Shown here: piece after piece, positions 26,390 through 36,429 of the stretch
How the letters are laid out: the number at the start of each line of letters is the position of its first letter
Position numbering within the stretch: the first letter of the stretch is position 1
Made by a program: the position numbers and the translations under genes
Virus record (IMG/VR): IMGVR_UViG_3300047467_000008
Location: 1 to 62,322 of that record
Origin: a virus
Lineage: Duplodnaviria > Caudoviricetes
Direction: 5' to 3' (one strand)
Length of the DNA: 62,322 bases
Notes under the pieces: model-generated
What the model was told of the DNA's origin: nothing
Database searches by the model: none
The model's input: the letters and a program-made list of their open reading frames with translations, nothing else

Positions 26390-28441
26390 TCATCTGCTCC
26401 GGAGCAGGTGCCAGCGGGGCGTGACGTTCATCTCGATCGCACCCGTGTGGTCTCTTTGCTCGGTGTTGCCGCTGGCAGTCGGATCGTCTGGAACGAGCGA
26501 GCTGAGCTTGCAGAGCGCGTCGAGCTGTCCGGGCGGAAGCTCGATCAGCTCGCCAGCGAGCCCATGGTCTGGATGGCCCCATTTCGGCGGGATCGCAACG
26601 GATGCCGACAGGTCGGAGTAGATCGTCTTGGATGTCTGCGAGGTCGAGGAGATGAAGTCCGGGTAGCCGCTGTCGTTCGCGACGCCGGTCGGCGAGCAGG
26701 CACGCTGCCGTGACGGGACGACGACCAGGTAGTCGATGCCGAACGCCCCAGAAGTGCCGAGGCCGACGGATGCGTCGAGCCAGAGCAGCCAGCTACGTGG
26801 ACGGCGCCGATCGACACGCAGGTGAACGGTCCCGAGCCGGGCGAAGCGGTAGACGCCTCTGCCTGACGAGGGTGCGACGCGGACCCGGCCGGCCTGGCCC
26901 CACTCGTCGGATTGGCGTGCCGACCCGAAGTTCAAGCCGTCCTCTGGGCGCAGCGAGAGGGTGAACTTCGGCGAGATCGTCGTCGACTCCAGCATCAGCC
27001 GTCCCCAGACCTCGACGGACACCTCGTTCTCGAAGTCGTCGGGTTCCAGCAGCGACGGATCGATCGCCCAGGACGCCGCGTAGGTGACCAGGTAGGACGC
27101 TGCTGCGTCTTTGAGCATCGATCCGCCGCGTGCGGTGGCGTCGGCGGTGACTGCCCATCCGGCGAGGTTGGTTGCGGCTTCGGCTTCGAGGATTCCCCAA
27201 GGTGCGCCGGCGAGTCCTGATCCCGGTCGCTTTGACCAGGCGAGCAGCGCCCAGATCGGTGCGGAGGCGCCACCGGAGTGCGTGATGGTGATGTCGGCGG
27301 CGGCCGGCGCGTCGCCGGGGATCGTCGTCGCGAACTGGACGAGGGCCGGAAGCGTTCTTGACCCGGAGAAGTGAGGTGTTGCGTATTCGTCGTCGAGGGA
27401 GGCGGACGCGTGCTGCGGCACCCACACACGGCCGTAGCCGCCGACGATGCCCGCCCCGAACGTCGTCGCATCGGTCGTTCTGAGCGTGAATGCTCTCGCG
27501 CCGGCGATCGTGGTTGCTGCGGTCAGCGGTCCTGGAGAAGCGGTGAAGTGTTCGACGAGGACGTCGTTGCCGGTGACTGTCGTCGTCAGCCAGAACGCGG
27601 TTGCAGCTCTGATGCGGGCGGCGAGGTTCGTCGTCGCAAGGTTCGTCCGTGCCCCGGCGATGATCTTGTCGAGCCTGACCCGCGAGTTGACCCCGTCGTC
27701 GTCGACGTACCCCTCGAGGTAGGTGGTCGCCGAGATCCGCTTGATGACCAAGCCGCCTTTGAAGCCGGTGATCGTCGTGCCGGGCGTCACCTTGATCGCC
27801 TGGCGCGAGTCGACGTAGTCGTAGCCGCGGGCGGTATGGATCGCCCGCCGCTCCGTCGTCAGCGTGCCGGCACCGAGCAGGACCCCGCCCGTGATCTGCT
27901 CGCCTGCGGACGAGCCGGCGTCGTAGCTGTAATCGCCGCGGGTGTCGACATCGAACGGGTCGAGCATCGCCATGGGCAAGCCTCGCGCGACCGGTCCGAT
28001 CGGGATAGCCACGTCGAAGACCATCGTCTGGTTTCCGGCGAACATGACCCATTCGTACGTCGGCTTCCAGGTTCCCGTGCCACGGATCTCGTACAGCGAC
28101 CGTCTGTCGACCGAAGCGCCGTCGGGAAGCCACTCCAGCAGCAGATCGCCATCGGTCCGCTCGAGCAACGTGATCAGCGTCGAGCAGGCCGAGATGCATT
28201 GGTCGGCGGTGTCGCCCTTCACGAGCGACTGCCACGACACCTGCCCGTTGTCGTGCGTCTCACCTTTCTGCCACGATCCAGCGTAGCGTCGCTCGGCCGA
28301 GGCCAGGACGGGCTGCTTGGGCGGCGGGGTGATCGTGAAGGTGCCGCGAACGTTGGTATACGACGAGAAGTCGTTGAGGTCGACGATGGTGCTCGGTCGG
28401 CCTCCGACGTCGAGCGTGACCACGCGCAGGATGTCGCCCAT
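26390..28441 (-). CDS. Minor/distal tail protein
   Basis: Directly downstream of tape measure; beta-rich; ends TPRW. Confidence 0.8.
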   Translation of the reverse strand: MGDILRVVTLDVGGRPSTIVDLNDFSSYTNVRGTFTITPPPKQPVLASAERRYAGSWQKGETHDNGQVSWQSLVKGDTADQCISACSTLITLLERTDGDLLLEWLPDGASVDRRSLYEIRGTGTWKPTYEWVMFAGNQTMVFDVAIPIGPVARGLPMAMLDPFDVDTRGDYSYDAGSSAGEQITGGVLLGAGTLTTERRAIHTARGYDYVDSRQAIKVTPGTTITGFKGGLVIKRISATTYLEGYVDDDGVNSRVRLDKIIAGARTNLATTNLAARIRAATAFWLTTTVTGNDVLVEHFTASPGPLTAATTIAGARAFTLRTTDATTFGAGIVGGYGRVWVPQHASASLDDEYATPHFSGSRTLPALVQFATTIPGDAPAAADITITHSGGASAPIWALLAWSKRPGSGLAGAPWGILEAEAATNLAGWAVTADATARGGSMLKDAAASYLVTYAASWAIDPSLLEPDDFENEVSVEVWGRLMLESTTISPKFTLSLRPEDGLNFGSARQSDEWGQAGRVRVAPSSGRGVYRFARLGTVHLRVDRRRPRSWLLWLDASVGLGTSGAFGIDYLVVVPSRQRACSPTGVANDSGYPDFISSTSQTSKTIYSDLSASVAIPPKWGHPDHGLAGELIELPPGQLDALCKLSSLVPDDPTASGNTEQRDHTGAIEMNVTPRWHLLRSR

Positions 28442-28443
28442 CG

Positions 28444-31400
28444 CTAGATCACGATCCGATCGTGGGAGGACTGCCGCAGGCCCTGCAAGCCGATCCCTGC
28501 TGTAGCTGCAAGCCCGATCGCGTTGAGCGTCGCCGGGTCGCCGGGATGCAACGTGTTGATGACGATTTGCGGACCGCTCGCCGCGGCGGCTGCGTTTACT
28601 CCACCTGCCCCGATGTCGCCGGACCCACCGAACACGCGGAGCGCCCCAGCGTTGATGTCGCGGTCGCGCTCGGCGTTGATACGTCCCGTGCGCTCCTGCT
28701 CAAACCGAGCCTGGAGATCGGCGTTGTCGTTGGTCTGGCTGCCGCCGGTGAGCGAGTCGAGGTTGTCGCGCGCCGTCTTGACCAAGTCGGCGATCTCGCG
28801 GATGCTGGCGCTGCCACCCCGCGCCGGATCGGTCTGGACCGCTGCAAGGATGCCTTCGAGGAAGCCCACGCGTTCTCTCGCGGCTTGGCGATCGTCGTCA
28901 AGGCTCGTCGTGAGCGCCGCGAGGCTGCTAGCCGCGTCAAGATCCTGAAGGCGGGCGCGTTCGGCGGCGGTCATCGCCTCTGGCTCAACTTCGAGCTGGG
29001 CGGCCTCGACCTGACCCAGCTCGCCGCCGAAACCGCTCGTCTGGCCTTGGACGGCCGCATCACCGCCAAGCTGAGACAGCTTCTCTTGCAGGCCGCGGAA
29101 GTAATCGGTGTTCGGCGCTGCGAGCCCGTACGCGCGCTGAAGGACGCCGACGAGGTCGCGGAGCTTCGCTGCACGTCTATCGCGCGCCCGGTCGAAGCCT
29201 CTCTGGTCGTCGACGCGGTCGGCGTCGTCCATCGCGTCACGGGCGAGGTTGATCGCGGTCTCGAGGTTCTTGACCCGATCGTTCGTTCTCTTCGCGGCGA
29301 GGTACTCGCGACGGCGTCTCTCCGCCGCCGTCTTGCGTTTTGCGATCTCGCGGGCGTTCGCTTCGAGCTGCTTGCGGACCTCCGCGGCACGCTTCGGATC
29401 GTCCTTCGCGTCCGCGAGGTCTCTGCCGAGCTGGCGCTTGCGGTCCTGTGAGCGCTCGAGAGCGTCGTCGGCCTGCTCGTGGCGGCTCTGGACGTCCTCG
29501 AACGGGACGCCGCCCGCGGCGATCTTCGCTGGGACGTTGCGCGGCTGTCTGCGTCTTCTCTCGTTGCGTGGGGCTCGTCCTCTGCGGTAGCCGGGGACGC
29601 CGAGGTCGCGGGCGAGCATCCTGAAGAGGCCGAGCGCACGACCGTCCTGCCGGTCTCGAGGGATCACGTAGTGCTCGGGCTTCAGGTCGACGACCATCGG
29701 CCCGGTCGTGACGTACCCGTCGCCGGTGTTGCGGTCGATGATGTACTCGCGCGGGTCGCGTCCCTCGCCGACCAGGGCACGTTCGCCGCTGCCGGCGGCC
29801 TTGCCCGCGGCGCGAGGCTTGAGCGGCCCGGCGACCTGGCCGGCGTTATAGCGCTGCGTGAACGTCGTCGTGACGTTGACGTTCTTGTCTCTCAGCCCGT
29901 CGATCGACGCGCGCAGCGCGTCGACCTTCGCCTTCTCGCTCAGCGCGCCGTCGGCAAGGATCCTGGAGACGACACGCGGCTTGACGCCGTTCAGCGCGGC
30001 CTGGAGGGCCAGGATCTTCACGCGCTCGCTCGATGCGGTCGACAGGATCGCGATGGCGCGTCTCGCCGGCACTCCGTTAGCGACCGCGGTCAGCGCTGCG
30101 ATCTGGGCCTTCGCTGTCTCCGCCCTGGTGAGGATCTGGACGACCTGCTGCTTTGGGACGTCCTTCAGTCTGCCGATCAGCTCGCCGATCTGGACCAGCG
30201 CAGGCTGCGCCGTCGTCGCAAGACGGATTTGCTGCTGCTTGGGGAGCAGCTTGAAGACGTCGGCGAGCTTCGCGACGGAGTCGGCGTTCTTCGTGGCGAT
30301 CAGGCCGCCGCCGTTGAGCACCCGTTGAAGCTCGAGCTGGGCGATTTTTGCGACAGCCGTGTTGCGGCCTACGCGCTCCAGGGTCTTTCCGTAGCGATCG
30401 AATGCCGCTCCGGCCTGCGCGGCGAAGTCCTCACCCGAAAGTCCGTCGAGCGCCAACTCCTTGAGCTTCGCGGCGAGCTCGGCCTTGGCTTTCGCAATCG
30501 CTGCCTGCCCCTCTGTCACGGTTCGAGCGTTCTCCGCGCGCATCTTGCTCTTCTCGTCCCGGAGACGTCTGTGCGTTGCTGTGTTGCGCAACGCGATCTC
30601 GTTCTCGTTTTCGAGCGCCTTGCGGTACTCGGCCGAGCCTCTTCCGTACTCCTTCGCGGCGTCTGCCGTCTCGCGTCTGGCTCTGGCAAGTTCGCGATCG
30701 GATTGGCGAGCCGCGAAGGTTGCATCAGCAGCCGCGAGGATGGCGTCCTGGAGTGCGTTGGCGGCGGCAGTTTGCTCCTTGAGCGCAGCGGTGGTATCGC
30801 GCGCGGCTTCTGCTGCGCTGATCTGGCTGTTTCTGAACAGCACGAACGCGCTTGCTGCGAGTCCGACAGCGGTCGCGACGGCCATGATCGGGTTGGCGTT
30901 GAAGCCCGACAGGAACATCGACACTGACGAGGCGGTGCGAGCGTTGAGGACGAGCATTCTGATCGCGGAAGCGAGTGTCACGACCATCGGTGCGACGACC
31001 CCGGCGATCTTGAACGCGGCGATGCCGGCGACGATCGCGGTCAGCTTGTCGGTGTCGCCGAGGTCGAGCGCGGCGCCGATGTCGTGCAGCACCTCGGCGA
31101 CGTCAGCGCCGAATGCGACGAAGTCGCCGCCGACGTCGATCGCGGTCCTCAGACCCGACGCGATCCCCTCTCCGAAGCGCTGGACGCCGGCAGGATCGAG
31201 CTCACTGACGAACGTGGCGGCATCCCGGGCGAGCTGCGTCAACGTCGGCAGCAGCGCAAGACCGAGCGACACCTGCAACGTGTCAACCGCGGAGTTGAAC
31301 GCCTCTGTGGCACCCTTCGCGCCCTTCGTCTGGGCTGCGGCAAGGTCGGCAGCGGCGCCGCTTTCGGTGACACGCTGCTTGAGCTGACGGTGCTTCTCGA

Positions 31401-32370
31401 CGCTCTGGCCGAGAATGATGTTCGCCGCACGCGACGCGTCCGAGCCGAAGATCGTCTCGATCGCGACCGCCCGCTGCTCCTGCGACAGACCTCTCAGACC
31501 CTGGGTGAACTGGCCGATCAGCTTCGGCATGCCAACGAACCGGCCGGCCTGATCGAACGCCGACACGTTGAGCTTGTCCATCATCTCGGCGGCTCTTCTG
31601 CTGTTCGGCGTCAGCGCCTGAAGCATCGTCTTGACCGACGTGCCGGAGTCCGAGGACTTGATGCCAGCGTTCGCGAGCTGGCCGAGCATCGTCACGAGAT
31701 CCTCGATCGGGATCCCGAGCGCGTGCGCGGAAGCAGCCGACTGCTGCAACGCGGACGCCAGCGGTGGGATGTCGGTCGTGGTCGCGTTCGCCGCAGCGGC
31801 CAACAGGTCCGCGACCCGGACCGCTTCCCTTCCTTTCAGGCCGAACGCGTTCAAGGCATCAGCCGCGACCTCGGCTGCATCGGCGTTGGAGATCTGCGCC
31901 GCAGCCGAGAGCTGAAGGACGCCGCGGGCGGCGCCCATCGTCTGCCGGACCGACAGGCCGCCCTTGGACAGCTGGAGCATCGCGTCGGCGGCGTCCTTCG
32001 CCGACGTCGCCGGCAGCTTCGTGTCCGCGCCGAGCTTCAGGGCGGTCTTCGAGACGGCCTTCATCTGCCGATCTGTCGCCCCGGAGGTTTCCTTCAGGAC
32101 GTTGAGCGTCTGCTCGAACTCGGCGGCCTTTCTGACGCTGGACGCGACGAACAGGCCGAACCCGGCGGCGGCACCGACCGCCGCGAATCTCGTCGCCCGG
32201 CCCATCGCGGCCATCGACGCCGACGTGCGCTCCGCAGAGCTGCGCATGCGCTTCTCGCCAGCCTCCATGTTGCGTGCCGCGTTGAGCATCGAACGGTCAA
32301 ACGCGGCGAACGCTGTCGGACTGAAACGCCCGCCCAACGTGGCGAACACGGCGCCCGCATCGAAAGCCAT
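28444..32370 (-). CDS. Tail tape measure protein (TP901 family)
   Basis: AAEFEQTLN, LSKGG, AVRVADLLAAAAN, GIKSSDSGTSVKTML, IFGSDA; start trimmed to MAFDAG. Confidence 0.95.
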   Translation of the reverse strand: MAFDAGAVFATLGGRFSPTAFAAFDRSMLNAARNMEAGEKRMRSSAERTSASMAAMGRATRFAAVGAAAGFGLFVASSVRKAAEFEQTLNVLKETSGATDRQMKAVSKTALKLGADTKLPATSAKDAADAMLQLSKGGLSVRQTMGAARGVLQLSAAAQISNADAAEVAADALNAFGLKGREAVRVADLLAAAANATTTDIPPLASALQQSAASAHALGIPIEDLVTMLGQLANAGIKSSDSGTSVKTMLQALTPNSRRAAEMMDKLNVSAFDQAGRFVGMPKLIGQFTQGLRGLSQEQRAVAIETIFGSDASRAANIILGQSVEKHRQLKQRVTESGAAADLAAAQTKGAKGATEAFNSAVDTLQVSLGLALLPTLTQLARDAATFVSELDPAGVQRFGEGIASGLRTAIDVGGDFVAFGADVAEVLHDIGAALDLGDTDKLTAIVAGIAAFKIAGVVAPMVVTLASAIRMLVLNARTASSVSMFLSGFNANPIMAVATAVGLAASAFVLFRNSQISAAEAARDTTAALKEQTAAANALQDAILAAADATFAARQSDRELARARRETADAAKEYGRGSAEYRKALENENEIALRNTATHRRLRDEKSKMRAENARTVTEGQAAIAKAKAELAAKLKELALDGLSGEDFAAQAGAAFDRYGKTLERVGRNTAVAKIAQLELQRVLNGGGLIATKNADSVAKLADVFKLLPKQQQIRLATTAQPALVQIGELIGRLKDVPKQQVVQILTRAETAKAQIAALTAVANGVPARRAIAILSTASSERVKILALQAALNGVKPRVVSRILADGALSEKAKVDALRASIDGLRDKNVNVTTTFTQRYNAGQVAGPLKPRAAGKAAGSGERALVGEGRDPREYIIDRNTGDGYVTTGPMVVDLKPEHYVIPRDRQDGRALGLFRMLARDLGVPGYRRGRAPRNERRRRQPRNVPAKIAAGGVPFEDVQSRHEQADDALERSQDRKRQLGRDLADAKDDPKRAAEVRKQLEANAREIAKRKTAAERRRREYLAAKRTNDRVKNLETAINLARDAMDDADRVDDQRGFDRARDRRAAKLRDLVGVLQRAYGLAAPNTDYFRGLQEKLSQLGGDAAVQGQTSGFGGELGQVEAAQLEVEPEAMTAAERARLQDLDAASSLAALTTSLDDDRQAARERVGFLEGILAAVQTDPARGGSASIREIADLVKTARDNLDSLTGGSQTNDNADLQARFEQERTGRINAERDRDINAGALRVFGGSGDIGAGGVNAAAAASGPQIVINTLHPGDPATLNAIGLAATAGIGLQGLRQSSHDRIVI

Positions 32371-32372
32371 AT

Positions 32373-32957
32373 CTACGCCGCCGCTCGCGAGGTCACGACG
32401 CCACCTGGGGCGGCCCATGTGCGGCCACGTTCGATGTCGCTGATCGTTTGGCGGACGACACCGAAGCGGACAGCGACTTCTCGCTGCGTAAGTCCCCTTC
32501 CACGCAGACGACAGATCTCTTCGATGTCGGCGTAGGTGAGCTTCGCGTTGTCGCCTCGGCGCGCGTTCTCCGCGCAGGTGACAACCTCGATGTGGTCTGG
32601 GTTGACGCAGGCGCGCACTCGACAGAGGTGGTCGAGATGCGCGCCAGCCGGAATCTCGCCGCGAGTCTGGGCGTAGACGTACCGATGCGCCGACCCAACG
32701 TATCCACTCGCCCTCACCGAGATGTGGCCGTAGCCGTTCGTGGTAAGCGCGAGCTGCCAGATCCAGCACGGGGTCGAGAAGCCGCGATCCTCAGCAACCC
32801 AACGCAGCGGCTTGCAACGGCCACGGTTCTGGTGGCCGTTGATGAAACGGAGAGGCTTATCGGTGATGTAGCCGCGGGAACGGTCGGTATATGCCGAAAG
32901 CGGCGAGCGCTCACCGCATCCGCAGTGGCAGTAGCCGTAGGGGACGGAGTCGGCCAC
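32373..32957 (-). CDS. HNH homing endonuclease with C-terminal HTH
   Basis: CHCGCG, CWIW, GYG, AHR, DHLCRVRACVNPDH, EN. Confidence 0.9.
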   Translation of the reverse strand: MADSVPYGYCHCGCGERSPLSAYTDRSRGYITDKPLRFINGHQNRGRCKPLRWVAEDRGFSTPCWIWQLALTTNGYGHISVRASGYVGSAHRYVYAQTRGEIPAGAHLDHLCRVRACVNPDHIEVVTCAENARRGDNAKLTYADIEEICRLRGRGLTQREVAVRFGVVRQTISDIERGRTWAAPGGVVTSRAAA

Positions 32958-32959
32958 GG

Positions 32960-33229
32960 CTATCGCCCGCCTCGAACGCGTTGGGAGATCCGGTCGTGCA
33001 AGCCACGCAGCCCTGTCGTCTGGGTCTGCTCAGCCGGCCGGTTGCGTTCGCTGATGACGGCCATCAGCTCGACGGCGTCGGTCCAGGGGAGCTGGTAGAG
33101 GACGTAGTCGCGGTCGAATCCGCCGTACTCGGAGCAGAGTCGATCAACTGCGACAACGGAGAGCCGGTGGCGGTTTGGTTGACGGCCTGGACGAGCGCCT
33201 GCCAGACCGACTGGACGGGCAGGCGCCAT
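32960..33229 (-). CDS. Tail assembly chaperone, -1 frameshift extension (T-like)
   Basis: Lies in the -1 frame just after GGGGGAA (33232-33238). Confidence 0.7.
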   Translation of the reverse strand: MAPARPVGLAGARPGRQPNRHRLSVVAVDRLCSEYGGFDRDYVLYQLPWTDAVELMAVISERNRPAEQTQTTGLRGLHDRISQRVRGGR

Positions 33230-33792
33230 GCTTCCCCCGAGCTGAACCCGGCCGCCTTGGCGTAGTGCTCCATCGCCGCACCGGCACGAGCGCGCGCCTC
33301 GTCAAGCTCCAGCTCCCCGAGCTCGACGGCGGCCTCGTTGATCTTCTGATCCAGGGCATCGTCAACGCATGCCGTCTTGAACGTGTCGGCTGGCATCTCG
33401 ACCAGCGCGACGACCTTGCGTACGGCGGCCATCAGTGCCGGCGAGGTCGCCAGCCCGGCGGCGAGCAGGATGTCTGTGCGTTGCGGCTCGTCGTAGGCGC
33501 GCAAGCTGCCGGCCTGGAGCTGTTCGGCTACCGCGACGCGTTCCTCGTCGGTGTCGGCCAACGCGGCCGCGAGCTGGGCGGCCTCTTCGGCGAACAACGG
33601 CCGTGACGTGCTTTCGCGGTGCTTGTCGCGGAACTCCTGGCCCTTGCGGATGAACAGGCTGACGTTCTCGTCGAAGAGCCGCTCGAGCAGCGTCGCGGCC
33701 TGCTCGACGCGGTTGACCGTGACCGGCGGCAGCTTCGGCAGCGTGAAGTGGCCGGCACCCGTTGGGGTGCCGGCCTTCGGTGCGGGCGCCAT
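33064..33792 (-). CDS. Tail assembly chaperone (G-like)
   Basis: Between major tail and tape measure genes; S/T-rich tail after slippery site. Confidence 0.8.
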   Translation of the reverse strand: MAPAPKAGTPTGAGHFTLPKLPPVTVNRVEQAATLLERLFDENVSLFIRKGQEFRDKHRESTSRPLFAEEAAQLAAALADTDEERVAVAEQLQAGSLRAYDEPQRTDILLAAGLATSPALMAAVRKVVALVEMPADTFKTACVDDALDQKINEAAVELGELELDEARARAGAAMEHYAKAAGFSSGEAWRLPVQSVWQALVQAVNQTATGSPLSQLIDSAPSTADSTATTSSTSSPGPTPSS

Positions 33793-34823
33793 CAGGCGTA
33801 GGACGCCGACTCGGCGGACAGCACGATCACGCTGAGCGCGGGGGTCGCCCCGTTCTTCAGGCACGCCCCGCCGAACGAGATCTCGATCTCGCCGCCCTCA
33901 CGCTGCGCGCCAACTGCCATCTCCTCCGGGCGCACGGCAACCCGCGGGGTGTTGATCGTCATCGTGCGCGTCGCCGAGCGCGTGTAGACCGTTCTGACGT
34001 CTGCGTAGAACACGTCCTTTACGGGTCTGTCTCTCGCCGCCGGCGCCGTGTTGTTGTAGACCGCCTTGCGGTACTTCAGCAGCGTCGCGTCGGTCACGAT
34101 CGACTTGATCGTCCGGACGATCGTGCCCTTCTTCTCGACGAGCTGGACGGGACTGATCGCGTCGCCCCAGTAGGGCTCCATGCCGGTGTCGATCTCGACG
34201 GCCTCCTCGTTGGCCTCGCTGTCGACAGTGCCATCGAACGTGACCGCGCCGGTGACCTCCGTCCACAGCAACGGGTCAGAGGTGTCCTCGGTCTTCGCCG
34301 GGGCGGTCGTGAACACCTCGGCGGCGTTGAGCGCGGCGATGTCGAGCGCGTAGTGCATGTTCTTCTGCTCGCGCCCGACGGTCAGCATCAGCTTGGCGAT
34401 CTTGCTGTCCCAGTAGACGCCCTTCTCAGGGCCGACCGCAGAGCCGACCGACTGCCACCACGTGCCCCACGCCCCCGTCGTGCCAGCCGAGGTGATCGTG
34501 TGGGTATAGGGGTCAGCGCCGCCGGTGACGACGTCGACGCCGAGGATCTGGGCCATGTACAGGCCCGCGTTCTCCGGCTGGACCTGGAAGATGACCTGGC
34601 CGACCTGGCCGCCAACCTTGTCGGTGTACACCGACGGCGACGCGAAGCGCTGCCCGTCGATGTAAGGCTCTTCGCCAAGCGTCTTCTTGGCCGAGAGGAT
34701 CCCGTCGAACCACTTCGGCCGGTTGTAGCCGACCGTCGTGGTGGCGGCGACGCCCATCGTGCCCTTCGCCGCCTGCTTGCCGTAGTTGAGCGCGCCAATG
34801 CCGCTCTCGATGACAGTGGCCAT
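33792..34823 (-). CDS. Major tail (tube) protein
   Basis: Position, size, GADPYTHTIT motif. Confidence 0.85.
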   Translation of the reverse strand: MATVIESGIGALNYGKQAAKGTMGVAATTTVGYNRPKWFDGILSAKKTLGEEPYIDGQRFASPSVYTDKVGGQVGQVIFQVQPENAGLYMAQILGVDVVTGGADPYTHTITSAGTTGAWGTWWQSVGSAVGPEKGVYWDSKIAKLMLTVGREQKNMHYALDIAALNAAEVFTTAPAKTEDTSDPLLWTEVTGAVTFDGTVDSEANEEAVEIDTGMEPYWGDAISPVQLVEKKGTIVRTIKSIVTDATLLKYRKAVYNNTAPAARDRPVKDVFYADVRTVYTRSATRTMTINTPRVAVRPEEMAVGAQREGGEIEISFGGACLKNGATPALSVIVLSAESASYA

Positions 34824-34826
34824 GGC

Positions 34827-35213
34827 CTAGCTCTCCTTGGGGGTGGTGTGGGGCTTGCGTGGCTGCTCGCTCTTGGGCTGGTCGACCTGACGGCAGATGC
34901 CGTTGGTGACGAGGAAGTCGACGACTGCCGGGGCCCTGGTCTCGATGATCCGCGTGCCGGGGATGACACGGCTCGCGAGCGAATGGTCAGGGTCGAGCTT
35001 GGGCTCGGCGACGATGTCGACCGGGCGTGTGTCGTTGGCGATCTGGCCGTCGGGCAGCGCGACCGGGACGGGGATGCGGAACGTGAGGTGGTTGATCTCG
35101 TCGGGCTCGCCGGCCTTGGGGTTGGGAACCTCCAGGCCGCTCTTGGGGTCGCGGATGAACGCGGGCGCAGGGCCGATGGTGTCGTTCAGCTCGAGGTAGA
35201 ACGTCTCGCTCAT
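34827..35213 (-). CDS. Phage hypothetical protein
   Basis: RBS AAGGAGG; upstream of major tail gene. Confidence 0.75.
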   Translation of the reverse strand: MSETFYLELNDTIGPAPAFIRDPKSGLEVPNPKAGEPDEINHLTFRIPVPVALPDGQIANDTRPVDIVAEPKLDPDHSLASRVIPGTRIIETRAPAVVDFLVTNGICRQVDQPKSEQPRKPHTTPKES

Positions 35214-35535
35214 GTGTGACGCCCTCCTTGGGCGTTGGGGGGACGGCCCGTCGTCCCGTGACGACCGGCTGGTACTGCAAGGCCATGGCGCCCGTGCGCT
35301 ACGGCGAAGAAGACGAGTGGGCCGCTGAGGCGACCGGTAGGATCAGGCGATGGCGCTGGGTTTCGGTTCTGGTCCGTGGAAGTCGGGCGACCCGCTCACG
35401 GTCTTCGGTGCGGGCATGGAGCCCGCCGGGACGGTGGAGGTCATCGAGGACATCGCGGACGGAGAGGAGGTCATCATCGACCTCGACCTCGGGCTCGCTG
35501 CCCGACCCTTCGACGCCGACCGAAGCGAGTAGCCG

Positions 35536-36042
35536 CTACGGCGTCGTGACGGTCGCCGACTCGCGGCGATACCCGAAGCAGTAGCCAGCCGACGTCACGT
35601 ACTCGCGATCGTCATCAGGCGGCGTCAGCTCATCCCGCAGCCCGTACCACTGCTTGCTGTACTGCACCAGCAGATCACCCATCGACCAGAGCTGCCGTTG
35701 CGATCCCCACGAGGAGTCACGAGGGATCAGCAAGTTGCGGATCACGCGGTGCAACAGCATCCCGACCGGGGCGCTGCGGCACCGCACGAAGACGCGGATG
35801 AACGCCTCCTCGAGGTGAGCTTCGAGGCCGGGCGGACCGGACAGGTTGGCGTGGATGAGCGTGATCGCCGCACCGTCGACGTAGGTGCCGTTCTGCTGGC
35901 GAGGCTTCGCGATCCCGTCGCGAGGCTTGAGGTAGAGCACCGGGACCGTTGTGGACGGTCTGGCGTCGGGAGTCTGGGCGACTCTCTGGGCGATCAGGTA
36001 GCCGCGAAGCTGTTCGATCGCGAGCAGCTCAACGGTCGGCAT
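35536..36042 (-). CDS. Putative tail terminator
   Basis: Position after HK97 gp10-like gene; IRVFVRC; DDDRE. Confidence 0.65.
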   Translation of the reverse strand: MPTVELLAIEQLRGYLIAQRVAQTPDARPSTTVPVLYLKPRDGIAKPRQQNGTYVDGAAITLIHANLSGPPGLEAHLEEAFIRVFVRCRSAPVGMLLHRVIRNLLIPRDSSWGSQRQLWSMGDLLVQYSKQWYGLRDELTPPDDDREYVTSAGYCFGYRRESATVTTP

Positions 36043-36066
36043 CCGGCGATCCTCCCAGGTGGAAGC

Positions 36067-36429
36067 TCAGAATTGTGCGCGGGCAGCCCGCCGCATTGCG
36101 TCGAGATACACGCCCCGGTTCTCGATGAGCGGATCCTCGAGGAATCTCGTTGCTGGGACGCCGCGGGAGGTTCCCTGGTGCTGGTAGACGGCGTACTCGT
36201 TCGCTTCGCCGCTGGTCGAAACGGTGGCCGTGTAGGTCGCCTGGCTTGCGTTACTGCCGCGGCCAGAGACCGACACGCCGATCGACGCTCGCAACGTCCC
36301 GGTGTCGACTGGGGCCGCGGCCTGCGCCTCACCCGCGAGATGCTCGGCAGACTCGGTGACGGCCTGCTTGACGGCCTTGCGGCCTCTCTCGGTCAGGACC
36401 GCGAGGCCGACGTAGCTGAACGTGCCCAT
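36067..36429 (-). CDS. HK97 gp10-like neck protein
   Basis: APVDTGTLRASI, YAVYQHQGT, FLE.P. Confidence 0.9.
   Translation of the reverse strand: MGTFSYVGLAVLTERGRKAVKQAVTESAEHLAGEAQAAAPVDTGTLRASIGVSVSGRGSNASQATYTATVSTSGEANEYAVYQHQGTSRGVPATRFLEDPLIENRGVYLDAMRRAARAQF

Noticed and set aside
24416-28441. Diversity-generating retroelement or invertible tail-fibre cassette
   Set aside because: No reverse transcriptase, invertase or template/variable repeat pair was seen.
32371-32769. N-terminal extension of the tape measure in the 1441-aa ORF
   Set aside because: It overlaps the HNH gene in another frame; the real start is most likely 32370.
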